From: a virus
Taxonomy: Duplodnaviria > Caudoviricetes
Direction: 5' to 3' (one strand)
IMG/VR virus record: IMGVR_UViG_3300027627_000003
Span: 1-64,000 of that record
Length of the DNA stretch: 64,000 bases
The position numbers were made by a program, and so were the translations under genes. Shown here in pieces: positions 51,486 through 60,230 of this stretch. Each line of letters begins with the position of its first letter. Positions within the stretch are counted from its first letter, which is position 1. Below the pieces are notes generated by a model. It ran no database searches. It worked only from the letters and a program-made list of their open reading frames with translations, and was not told where the DNA came from.

Positions 51486-54400
51486 TTAATTTAGAAGATC
51501 TAATACTTTGTAATAAACTCGTACAGGGTAGGTAGTGTCTGTACTGAACAATTCGTATTTTTTTACTCTAATGCTAAAATCACCCGAGACATAAGCAATA
51601 TAGGGAGTTCCAGAACTGTCAAAAGCAATCGACTGACTATTAACAGTTACAGTAAAATAACCTAAATTGCTCCACAAATTACCATCGAATTTTTTTATAC
51701 GGAAACTTACATCAGTATAAATGATGTAAGGATTTCCAGAATTTAAAGCAATGGAAATATTACTATATACATTCGTAAAAAGACCTATCTCCGTCCAAAA
51801 ACCACCCTCTAATTTTTTTACAGATGCAGTATTACTTAAATTATTTGGTTTATAAGCTATATATGGGATAGAACCGTCTAAAGCAAGGGAAACAGCATAG
51901 GAAGTATCACTAAAAGAAGAATCTACGTCCGTCCAAAAATCATCCTCTAATTTTTTTATATTCACATTATAACCATTGTCATTAACATAAGCTATATAAG
52001 GAATATTATTACTGTCTATAACTATTGAAATCTTACCTTGATAGGGAGTAACATCAAGGTTCGGATCTACCTGCGTCCAAACACCTGAACCCAAACTATC
52101 TTTTTTTACAATCAACTTATTACTATTATTACTATCTGAATAAGCTATATAAGGTTTATCAGTACTGTCTAAAGCAATAGAAACAGAATAACCTGTAGAG
52201 TCGCCAATATTACCTCCGTCCGTCCAATCAGAACCATCGAATTTTTTTACAGTTACAACAGTACTAGGAGAATAGGCGATATAAGGATTACCAGAACTGT
52301 CTAAAGCAATAGAAACAGAATTATTTGAAGTCTCAGTAAGAGATCCTACGTCCGTCCAAACACCACTATCTAATTTTTTTACAATCACATTATTATTTAA
52401 CTGATCAGTATAGGCGATATAAATATTTCCAGAACTGTCTGAAGCAATCGAAACAGGATAATTTGAGAAATCACTAAGAGAAGCTGGATCCACCCAACCG
52501 TTAGTATCTAAGGTGGCGGTTATACTATTTTTATAAACAGTACCGTAGACACCAGTATCTATGATCATCATTTGATCTGAAGTAGCTAGCACTAAAGAAT
52601 CCGGTGCTTGTGTTTCACCTACAGTCAACGAACCCGCTATGAGAGGATTGGAGCCTACAGTGGCAGCAGCATCCATTTGGGTGACACGGTAATATTTACC
52701 TGCGGGGGGGGAAGGTAATACTTCCACTGATCCAGCCATAGCCAGTAGGGCATCAGCAAATGCTTCTTGATTTTGAACAGACCAGCTCAAACCCCCCGAA
52801 CCATTATTTACTAGGACAGTATTTGCGCTAGAGGCTTGAACACTAGGAAAGCTATACGACACGTTATTTATTTTTATTAAATTGCCGTTGCCGTCTACTT
52901 GAAATTTATTTCCAAGCCCAGATCCTACCGATAATAAGGCGGTCGGTATAACATTTCCGATTGCTACATAACCATTCTGGTCAATCATTATACGCTGTTT
53001 AGGAATAATCGTTGTATTGTCTGTAGTGTAAAACGATAGTCTTGTACCTTGTGCGCTACTGGTCCACGTTTCGGTTGCTGTACCATTAATTGAAGCACGG
53101 CTGTCTGTAGAATAAGCACCGCCGCTGTGGTAACCCCACATTTTTAAAGCACCAAGATTGTCATAAAGCTGTACGCCTGAAGGTACAGATTGCGTACCCC
53201 GCGCTTTACGCATATTTATCTGAGCAGCGTTATTTTGATTAGAAAACTGATCCGATATAAAACCTCTAACAGTACCAATAGCTCCCGATGAAGCCACCCG
53301 CACGCCATTAGTGGCATCAATAAATAACGATTCAGAACCTGAAATCGTAACTGACCCATGACTAGAATCGGTAGTTATAGTTGCTGAATTGTTATACGCA
53401 TCTTGTAATGAGGCAGATGGACCAGTAGGACCTGTAAAGCCTTGCGTACCTTGCGGACCTGTGGGACCTGTAAATCCTTGGTCGCCTTGCGGACCTGTGG
53501 GACCTGTAAAGCCTTGAGGACCTGTAGGACCTGTGGGACCTGTAAAGCCTTGAGGACCTATAGGACCGATAGGACCTATGTCACCTTGGGCACCTTGACC
53601 TGTAGGACCTGTAAATCCTTGGTCGCCTTGCGGACCTGTGGGACCTGTAAATCCTTGGTCGCCTTGCGGACCTGTGGGACCTGTAAATCCTTGTGTACCT
53701 TGAGGACCTGTAGGACCTGTATCAGGACTTACAGCCCACGTTAAATTACCTAAGCCATCATTCTTTAAAACTGTGTTTACGCCGCCTTGAGTAGGTGTCC
53801 AATTATATTGGACATTACGGATACGGCTTATATTACCTGTATTTTCAACACGAAAAGCACTATTAGCGCCTACGCTTAAAAGTGATTGTGGGTTAATAAC
53901 ACCCACACCTACATTTCCTGATTGATCTATTCGCAATCTTTCTTCGGGCGCTATAGTGCCGCTATTTGTTGTATGAAAACTTAAATAGGTTCCTTGTGCG
54001 CTGGATGACCAATTCTCGGAGGCAATAGCCTGCATCATTGCGCGGGCAGAGGTAGTATAAACACTGCCATCATAACCTAAAAATTGTATAACACCTAAAA
54101 CATCACTAACGGACACTGCGCTGCGCTGTGCTGTAGATCCACGCGACTTCCTTAAACTTAAGGACGCGCCTTTGTTGTCGGCTGATATTTGGTCAGTAGT
54201 GATACCTCTAATATTTCCTGATTCAATCGATAATACATGCAATTCTGTTTCAGGACTGTCAGTACCCACACCTAATTGACTATATTGCTCATCAAAATAT
54301 AATTTATCGCTTTGAGATAATAAGCCCTGACTACTCACATACAGGACGCTGCCAGCATTCCCACCAGTGACCAAACCACCTACCGTGACCGTAGCCGCTG

Positions 54401-54608
54401 GAGGAGGAGGCACTGGAGGTGGTGGTGCCGGAGGGTTTATTTCTATTTCCCAAGTATTTGCTTTAAGCGGGGGGGATATTAAGGCGTACTCCTCATCAGT
54501 TAAGATGAGGTAATTAAGCACTGCGACTAAATAATTATACGTCTGAGTAGGTCTTACAACGGTGACCGTTTGTGTGATAGCCGATATATTTCTAAGTCTT
54601 GCGCTCAT
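51486..54608 (-). CDS. Tail fibre with collagen-like region and a C-terminal seven-repeat beta-propeller
   Basis: GPTGPQG triplets; two paralogous shaft blocks (LRKSRG...ERLRIDQ / MRKARG...QRIMIDQ); seven W...SIALDS.G.PYIAY...VKK repeats. Confidence 0.85.
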   Translation of the reverse strand: MSARLRNISAITQTVTVVRPTQTYNYLVAVLNYLILTDEEYALISPPLKANTWEIEINPPAPPPPVPPPPAATVTVGGLVTGGNAGSVLYVSSQGLLSQSDKLYFDEQYSQLGVGTDSPETELHVLSIESGNIRGITTDQISADNKGASLSLRKSRGSTAQRSAVSVSDVLGVIQFLGYDGSVYTTSARAMMQAIASENWSSSAQGTYLSFHTTNSGTIAPEERLRIDQSGNVGVGVINPQSLLSVGANSAFRVENTGNISRIRNVQYNWTPTQGGVNTVLKNDGLGNLTWAVSPDTGPTGPQGTQGFTGPTGPQGDQGFTGPTGPQGDQGFTGPTGQGAQGDIGPIGPIGPQGFTGPTGPTGPQGFTGPTGPQGDQGFTGPTGPQGTQGFTGPTGPSASLQDAYNNSATITTDSSHGSVTISGSESLFIDATNGVRVASSGAIGTVRGFISDQFSNQNNAAQINMRKARGTQSVPSGVQLYDNLGALKMWGYHSGGAYSTDSRASINGTATETWTSSAQGTRLSFYTTDNTTIIPKQRIMIDQNGYVAIGNVIPTALLSVGSGLGNKFQVDGNGNLIKINNVSYSFPSVQASSANTVLVNNGSGGLSWSVQNQEAFADALLAMAGSVEVLPSPPAGKYYRVTQMDAAATVGSNPLIAGSLTVGETQAPDSLVLATSDQMMIIDTGVYGTVYKNSITATLDTNGWVDPASLSDFSNYPVSIASDSSGNIYIAYTDQLNNNVIVKKLDSGVWTDVGSLTETSNNSVSIALDSSGNPYIAYSPSTVVTVKKFDGSDWTDGGNIGDSTGYSVSIALDSTDKPYIAYSDSNNSNKLIVKKDSLGSGVWTQVDPNLDVTPYQGKISIVIDSNNIPYIAYVNDNGYNVNIKKLEDDFWTDVDSSFSDTSYAVSLALDGSIPYIAYKPNNLSNTASVKKLEGGFWTEIGLFTNVYSNISIALNSGNPYIIYTDVSFRIKKFDGNLWSNLGYFTVTVNSQSIAFDSSGTPYIAYVSGDFSIRVKKYELFSTDTTYPVRVYYKVLDLLN
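53419..53720. repeat. Collagen-encoding tandem repeats with a 36-bp unit
   Basis: GGACCTGTGGGACCTGTAAATCCTTGGTCGCCTTGC and variants, encoding [12 protein letters not shown]. Confidence 0.9.
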
Positions 54609-54678
54609 TAATCCCCCAGTAGGAAATTAATCTTAATGAGGTATATTAATTCCTTAATATTTTTTCACTTATTTAACA

Positions 54679-54885
54679 TTAGTTAAACCAAAACAATTGA
54701 ATAAGTTGATACACACAAAAACCAGGCAAAGTTAAAAACAAGGACATTAAGAATGTAAATCCAATCCATTTATACATTTCAAAAGTTCCGGCTTTAGCTT
54801 TATTCATCCATGTCGAAAAGCAGTGGTAAAAAGTCAAACCCCATATCGACATGAATATGTAAAAAAATATTTCAAGAATCTCCAC
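54679..54885 (-). CDS. Small membrane protein
   Basis: Two hydrophobic helices. Confidence 0.6.
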   Translation of the reverse strand: MEILEIFFYIFMSIWGLTFYHCFSTWMNKAKAGTFEMYKWIGFTFLMSLFLTLPGFCVYQLIQLFWFN

Positions 54886-55342
54886 GACATGCTCCCATAA
54901 TATTCTTAATACATTTAACCTTAACTAAAGCATTACCCTCCTCATATGGCATATCTAAAAAAGCATGTGCTTCTTTTAAGCTAGGTGGTTTTATTTTAAA
55001 TTTAGATGCAAAATTACGGCTTAGGACGCTCCCTATACTAAAAGGATATCGTACATTATTATCTTCACAAGCAGCTAAAATATATACACTCTCGTAAAAA
55101 CCCCAACTACAAAAAATTAATTCATCAAGACGTTTGTGGAAATTAGTTTTGGAATAAACACTAAGCATATTTAAAGCATCGGCAAAATCTATATTATTTT
55201 TAGATGAAATCGTTGTGTGAAATTCGCCGAGCGTCTCATGCCAGTCTAAAGTGAAAATTCCCGCGATCTCGGATATATTATGATCCGAATCTGCGTTTAC
55301 CCACAAAGCTAATTTTATAGATTCTACGGTGATGATGTCCAT
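54872..55342 (-). CDS. Hypothetical protein
   Basis: 156-aa ORF. Confidence 0.65.
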   Translation of the reverse strand: MDIITVESIKLALWVNADSDHNISEIAGIFTLDWHETLGEFHTTISSKNNIDFADALNMLSVYSKTNFHKRLDELIFCSWGFYESVYILAACEDNNVRYPFSIGSVLSRNFASKFKIKPPSLKEAHAFLDMPYEEGNALVKVKCIKNIMGACRGDS

Positions 55343-55347
55343 TTAAG

Positions 55348-55551
55348 TTACCTAAAAATATCTAGTGAAGTTGTAAAAAAGTAATATTCATAACCATCAA
55401 CATGTTTTGCTAGGTCTTTTTCTAAATAATCCAAACTTGAACTAGTCCAGCTACCAAGACACTCACCCGCTTCAGACCAAACCTCCCCGTGAATAAGCGT
55501 ATTACCATCAAGACTAAATTGACTGCTTACTGGAAAACCAAACGCCTTCAC
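55348..55551 (-). CDS. Hypothetical protein
   Basis: 67-aa ORF, coupled. Confidence 0.6.
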   Translation of the reverse strand: MKAFGFPVSSQFSLDGNTLIHGEVWSEAGECLGSWTSSSLDYLEKDLAKHVDGYEYYFFTTSLDIFR

Positions 55552-55823
55552 AAGCCAATCTCCTTAGCTACCAAGTCACGCAAGTAGGGCAGAGTTGCTG
55601 GATGCGTCTGCACCCTTAAAGCATCATTAATAGACTTAACCCAAGCATCGTCAAATTGCTGGCGGGTAATAGTCACCGACGTTTGTTCGATTTCCCAATC
55701 GTCGGACAACACATCTCGCGTCGAAAAGGCATAATGAGAAAAGTCTGGAGCGGTTTCATACCAATGCTTTTCTCCAATACGCCGGTACTTTTTACCGCTT
55801 TTAATCGCTTCGATGATGTCCAT
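55548..55823 (-). CDS. DUF2829-like phage protein
   Basis: MDIIEAIKSGKKYRR...DVLSDDWEI. Confidence 0.6.
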   Translation of the reverse strand: MDIIEAIKSGKKYRRIGEKHWYETAPDFSHYAFSTRDVLSDDWEIEQTSVTITRQQFDDAWVKSINDALRVQTHPATLPYLRDLVAKEIGL

Positions 55824-55870
55824 GTTAATGCCCTCAATTTATATCATGATTTTTATGATATCAATTTAGC

Positions 55871-56872
55871 TCAATACCCTAACTTAATTAATCCCTCACG
55901 CAATGCATTTTTATCTGTATCGCCTGGATCATGTGTCTTGTAAGGCAATACTAGCACATGATCTTTAGGTAATAATAATTTATTTAAACAATCGGCTTTA
56001 GCTTTTGCCGTCAAAGCATAGCCTGCCCTATCATTATCAAACATAAATATAATCGGTGTGTTTGTCATTTGAGGCAACAGTCGCATTTCTAGCTTAGATA
56101 AAAAACTATCCCAATGAGACACGCCTAGCAAAGCCAATACGGTAAAGCTCTCACCTATGCCTAAGTCCTGCAGGTTTTGCACGGTTCTCATAAGGTCATA
56201 CGGTCCTTCAACTAGTATCAGTCCTGCCTGATTTTTAGGAATCTGCCAAGAGGACAAGCCAAATGGATGGAGGCTAGCACTTTTTATATTAAGGTTAGGG
56301 GAATTATAGGTCTTAATCTCTTGCTGGCTTGATAAGCGCAAAAATACGTGGTAGTCACCGTAGCTAAGACACAGACGCTGAAAATGCTCCTGATGGAATT
56401 TGCCTTTATTGCTAATATATAAACGTACTAAAGACGGCTTAAATGTTTTATATATCAAATACTTATCATAGATTAGATTTTCTGGTCTGATCTCACGATA
56501 TCCAAATTCTTTCCAAAGCCAAGGATCTTGACTGACAATACCTACCTTCCCTGTAGGGTTATCTAAGCTGTTTTCTACATTACCTGCCATTAGTGGTAAG
56601 ATCCTTGGCTTTAACTCCTCACCAAGTGCCTTGGGATCGTGAATCTCAAGATTCAACTTCCTAGCCAGCTTATTATAGCTGCCCTTGCCCTCGTCGCAGG
56701 CAAAGCAATTAAACAACCCTAGCTTTTCGTCTAGTAAGCTAACACGCAAACTAGGATGGGTGTCCTGATGCCAAGGACAATGTATAAGTGCGTAATCGCC
56801 TTGTATCTGACCGCCTATGCGACTTACTTCTCGGACGATTAACTCTTTGAGAGTAGACACACAAAAACTCAC
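55871..56872 (-). CDS. DnaG-type DNA primase (Zn finger plus TOPRIM)
   Basis: CPWHQDTHPS...FNCFAC, LVEGPYD, MFDNDRAG, DPGD. Confidence 0.9.
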   Translation of the reverse strand: MSFCVSTLKELIVREVSRIGGQIQGDYALIHCPWHQDTHPSLRVSLLDEKLGLFNCFACDEGKGSYNKLARKLNLEIHDPKALGEELKPRILPLMAGNVENSLDNPTGKVGIVSQDPWLWKEFGYREIRPENLIYDKYLIYKTFKPSLVRLYISNKGKFHQEHFQRLCLSYGDYHVFLRLSSQQEIKTYNSPNLNIKSASLHPFGLSSWQIPKNQAGLILVEGPYDLMRTVQNLQDLGIGESFTVLALLGVSHWDSFLSKLEMRLLPQMTNTPIIFMFDNDRAGYALTAKAKADCLNKLLLPKDHVLVLPYKTHDPGDTDKNALREGLIKLGY

Positions 56873-56967
56873 AACAAATGGGTACTAAAGTATGAGTATA
56901 GCGTGTGCTACTGACGTTCTGCCACTCAGAATAGCCGGTAGCCTCCAAGTAGCTAGCTTTCATCAAA

Positions 56968-57168
56968 GTGGTAGTCTTTAGTTTGGCGCTCTGGCGTTAC
57001 AGGCGAAACTGGTGCGGGAAACCTGTCAATGACGACGACTTGGACTTACAAGGCATTGTTTATTTGCCGGATCCTGAACCAGAAGAAGATAAGCCAGTGG
57101 AGGTTTCTGAAAAAAGCCAGTGGGAGCCTCATTTTTCTCTGAGTGAAGTGTACAGGGTTAGAACTTAA
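56968..57168 (+). CDS. Hypothetical protein
   Basis: 66-aa ORF, weak support. Confidence 0.35.
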   Translation: MVVFSLALWRYRRNWCGKPVNDDDLDLQGIVYLPDPEPEEDKPVEVSEKSQWEPHFSLSEVYRVRT

Positions 57169-58239
57169 TTATTTAATACGGGATATTTCGTATGCGATGC
57201 TACTTCTTAACGTGATTACATTTTTATGAATGTTATTCATGGTGATCTTTTTCCAGTTTTTAAATTTCTTTTCTACTAGTCCACCTAATTTTGTACTATA
57301 GCCCTGGATGGCATCGGTTACTTTCATATTTTTAAATCGTTTTTCAATAAATTCCATGAGGGAATCATCCGAAGCAAATACCTTTAGCGCTTCTTCTTTA
57401 AAGGGCTTGAGTTTTTTTCTTAACTCGTCAATCTTAACCCCCTCTTTCAATCTTTCCCTAGTATAACTGTTGGTACCTACTAGCCACCAAGCATATAAGA
57501 GTTCTAGGCGTCTCTCTTTATCATAATTTCTATTGAAGGATAAATTCTGGCGGATACTCATAGAATCACCTAGAGATGATTCATCTATATACTTTAATTC
57601 TGCTTCAATATCCGCATCTTTAGATGTTAGACCGAGATACCTATCAATAATTTTTTCTATATTGACTTTACCTTTAGGCGTGTACAAGGCATCTATTTCG
57701 ACGGACAGAGGTCTCGGAAAGGCGAACACCTCATCTGAGACGGCGTATGTCTTAGTCTTTAGTCCTTTCATCTCCGTTGCGTCTACAATAATATCCTTTG
57801 GATCTAAAGTAGCTCTTAGTAAGACACCAAAATCACCATCAATGGCTTTACCGCCGCCCATCCTATCTAATGCGTTAAGGGTTCCAAGAAAAGACGACCC
57901 ACCACTGGAAGTGTAACGAGCAAACTTCGTCGCTGTCTGTTTGGAGTGCGACCACGAAACAGTGCGGGATTTGTCGCTTTTCAAAGTGAACTGCTTTGAA
58001 CTCACCTTATTAGTTTTAAGAAACTTAACGAATTCCTGGACAGAAAAAAGAAGACCTCTGTACACCGTAATGGATTTCGCGGGTTTGAACTTAGCTAGCT
58101 CCTTGATGACTGCTGGGGAAGGCGAATGATAGCTGTAATCCGAATCTATAGCACTCGCCAACCATGACTTTGCATTGGCGGATAATTCCCCGCCTGCTTC
58201 CACAATATAATAAGTAGCTAAGATTTTTGCTTTGAACAT
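57169..58239 (-). CDS. ADP-ribosyltransferase-like protein
   Basis: TVYRG (Arg), VSWSHSKQTATKFA (Ser motif), distal SDEV (Glu). Confidence 0.55.
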   Translation of the reverse strand: MFKAKILATYYIVEAGGELSANAKSWLASAIDSDYSYHSPSPAVIKELAKFKPAKSITVYRGLLFSVQEFVKFLKTNKVSSKQFTLKSDKSRTVSWSHSKQTATKFARYTSSGGSSFLGTLNALDRMGGGKAIDGDFGVLLRATLDPKDIIVDATEMKGLKTKTYAVSDEVFAFPRPLSVEIDALYTPKGKVNIEKIIDRYLGLTSKDADIEAELKYIDESSLGDSMSIRQNLSFNRNYDKERRLELLYAWWLVGTNSYTRERLKEGVKIDELRKKLKPFKEEALKVFASDDSLMEFIEKRFKNMKVTDAIQGYSTKLGGLVEKKFKNWKKITMNNIHKNVITLRSSIAYEISRIK

Positions 58240-58271
58240 ACAAAATAATCTAGGATCAAAGATTCTTTAAA

Positions 58272-58637
58272 ATGTTATTCCTCCAAAAAGTATTGGCGTC
58301 TAAGTTCTACACAAGCGAAGAGGTAATCCAACACTTAGAAGACACATCGCCTGAAAGAGAATTGGATAATCAAATATACGATATTGAAGAATATGATAAA
58401 TGGGAATTAAAAAAAATACCCATAAACAAACTTTATTTTGATTTAAGTAATGTTTCTTCCCCTGATTCTAAAGCCATACTTAAAAAGTATAAGGATTTAA
58501 AAACGGAAGCACCACCCATTATAATTATACCTTCCGAAATTTATAAGGGTAGATATAGAATCGTAGATGGTTATCACCGAGTTGGTATAGCTAAAAAAAG
58601 AGGAGATACAGAAATATTGTCTTATCTTCCGAGTTAA
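58272..58637 (+). CDS. ParB/sulfiredoxin-like domain protein
   Basis: PPIIII...YRIVDGYHRV. Confidence 0.8.
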   Translation: MLFLQKVLASKFYTSEEVIQHLEDTSPERELDNQIYDIEEYDKWELKKIPINKLYFDLSNVSSPDSKAILKKYKDLKTEAPPIIIIPSEIYKGRYRIVDGYHRVGIAKKRGDTEILSYLPS

Positions 58638-58984
58638 ATAGCAATATGCTTTACAACATGTAATTTCTCCCACAGTTGTAGTGCTTTTGGCTTAAAGGTT
58701 TTACCCTGAATTAACTTGTTAAGTTCGGGAATAATTAGTTTGACTTTAGTCATATCCTCTTTTTTGAATCCCAAAATAGAAACATGTGGTCTTAGTGAAA
58801 AACCTTTATCCTCAGACGTGAAGAAATCCTCATAACGCGAATGAAGAGCTTTTTTCAATTGCACTTCTCTTGTCGGCGCATCCAAATCAATGACAAGATA
58901 ATCAAGACCTGAAGCTGGTGCCGGTAGCGTTGAAATTCGTAACATCTTATAAGTAGGAATTAACCCCAGGTCTAACGCTAGCAA
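58634..58984 (-). pseudogene. 5'-truncated 2H phosphoesterase-like gene
   Basis: YLVIDLD...RPHVSI gives one HxS motif; the first HxT/S motif and a proper start are missing. Confidence 0.5.
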
Positions 58985-59090
58985 ACGAATCTAGAGGCGA
59001 AACTGCACCCATGAGATCGCTAATATCGGGTCCTGTTTCCTGCTCGGCGCAAAAGGCTAAAGAGATGTTGCTAGGGGAAATCTAATGGGT

Positions 59091-59935
59091 TTAATTACAG
59101 AAACAATGTGGCAGCATGAGGACCAATTGCTGTGCTGCGCTCCTTCGCAAACAATGATTTCTCCTGGCATACATCTTACCGTTTAAAAGTACCACGGCAG
59201 AAACATCGTAGTCAGGACGGCTTCTAAGTCCCCATTGGCGAATTCTACTTTTACCATTATGGTACTCGTAAAAGTACGCTGCATATTTTGCATCTGGGTA
59301 AAGTTCTAATAGTCTACTAGGTACTTCTGAAAAATATACCGAAGTGTTTGCAGCAGGAATTAACTCAGGACCGATATGGAGCATCATAGCTTTAGAGCAA
59401 ATATCTTCTATCTGCTGGGCTTGTAGTTTTGCCATCGACCTGCCCGATATGATTAAAGTTGGTACGTCTAGTTTATCCCAAACTTTAAAATCAAACGGCT
59501 CCGCTAAAAGAGCAAGATGCACATACTGAGTTCCTAATATTTCAAATTTCCAAAGATCACGATCTTGTATATGGCTAATTAAAGCAGGTGGTTCTTTTTC
59601 AGGATGAAAATAGTTCCATGCTAACATGGCACCAGATCTCTTAAGATCAAAAATACAATTTTCTAAACCCTCAAGATTTTTTTGTGCCGTCACATGATGA
59701 TCCAACACCATCAGTTTTTTAAACCTAGCCGTATGCTCAATCAATGCCTGCCTTTCAAAGCTGAAGTCTAAAACGTAAACTTCCGACCCGTCAGGCACCT
59801 CCTCTAAAGGCTTTACCCCTTCACCGTAGGTACAAGACCTGTAAGATACATCTAAGTCTCCTAGCTTTAACCAAGCAGCATAGGCTGCACCAAAACCGTC
59901 GTAGCAATTACCGTGGTATAATACGTGTATCAAAA
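59091..59935 (-). CDS. DHH/DHHA1 phosphoesterase, 3'-truncated or chimeric; true start is the TTG near 59935
   Basis: YHGNCYDG, VLDFS, LDHH, SGAMLAW, QDRDLW, WGLRS; GGGH motif absent; AAGGAG RBS before LIHVLY. Confidence 0.8.
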
Positions 59936-60230
59936 TTTTAATCTCCTTAATTCTAAAATCATATGCGTATTTTTGTGGGTATTTCGCGCATATGACGCAT
60001 ATTAAAATCGGACATACTTCTATTTTTTCCTTAGCTGTAACTGAAATATTATATTCTGCACTGTAAGTATACTTAGCATACCTAAGTATAACCAAAGCGG
60101 TACGGTCTCATTTTTAACCATTCCATTATCTTTACCTCTTTCTCAATAGTCTAATATTTACCTGTATATCTTAGGTATTCTTCTTACTTGTTTAGACTTT
60201 CCCCATATAAGTATTCGGGGAGGCTTTGCG
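59936..60230 (-). ncRNA. Candidate structured RNA downstream of the RT
   Basis: Four stem-loops: 59959-59995, 60068-60090, nested 60148-60198, 60201-60220; no credible ORF. Confidence 0.35.

Noticed and set aside
59936-60095. N-terminal extension of the DHH ORF given in the track
   Set aside because: No start signal; the AAGGAG RBS and the family N-terminus point to the TTG near 59935
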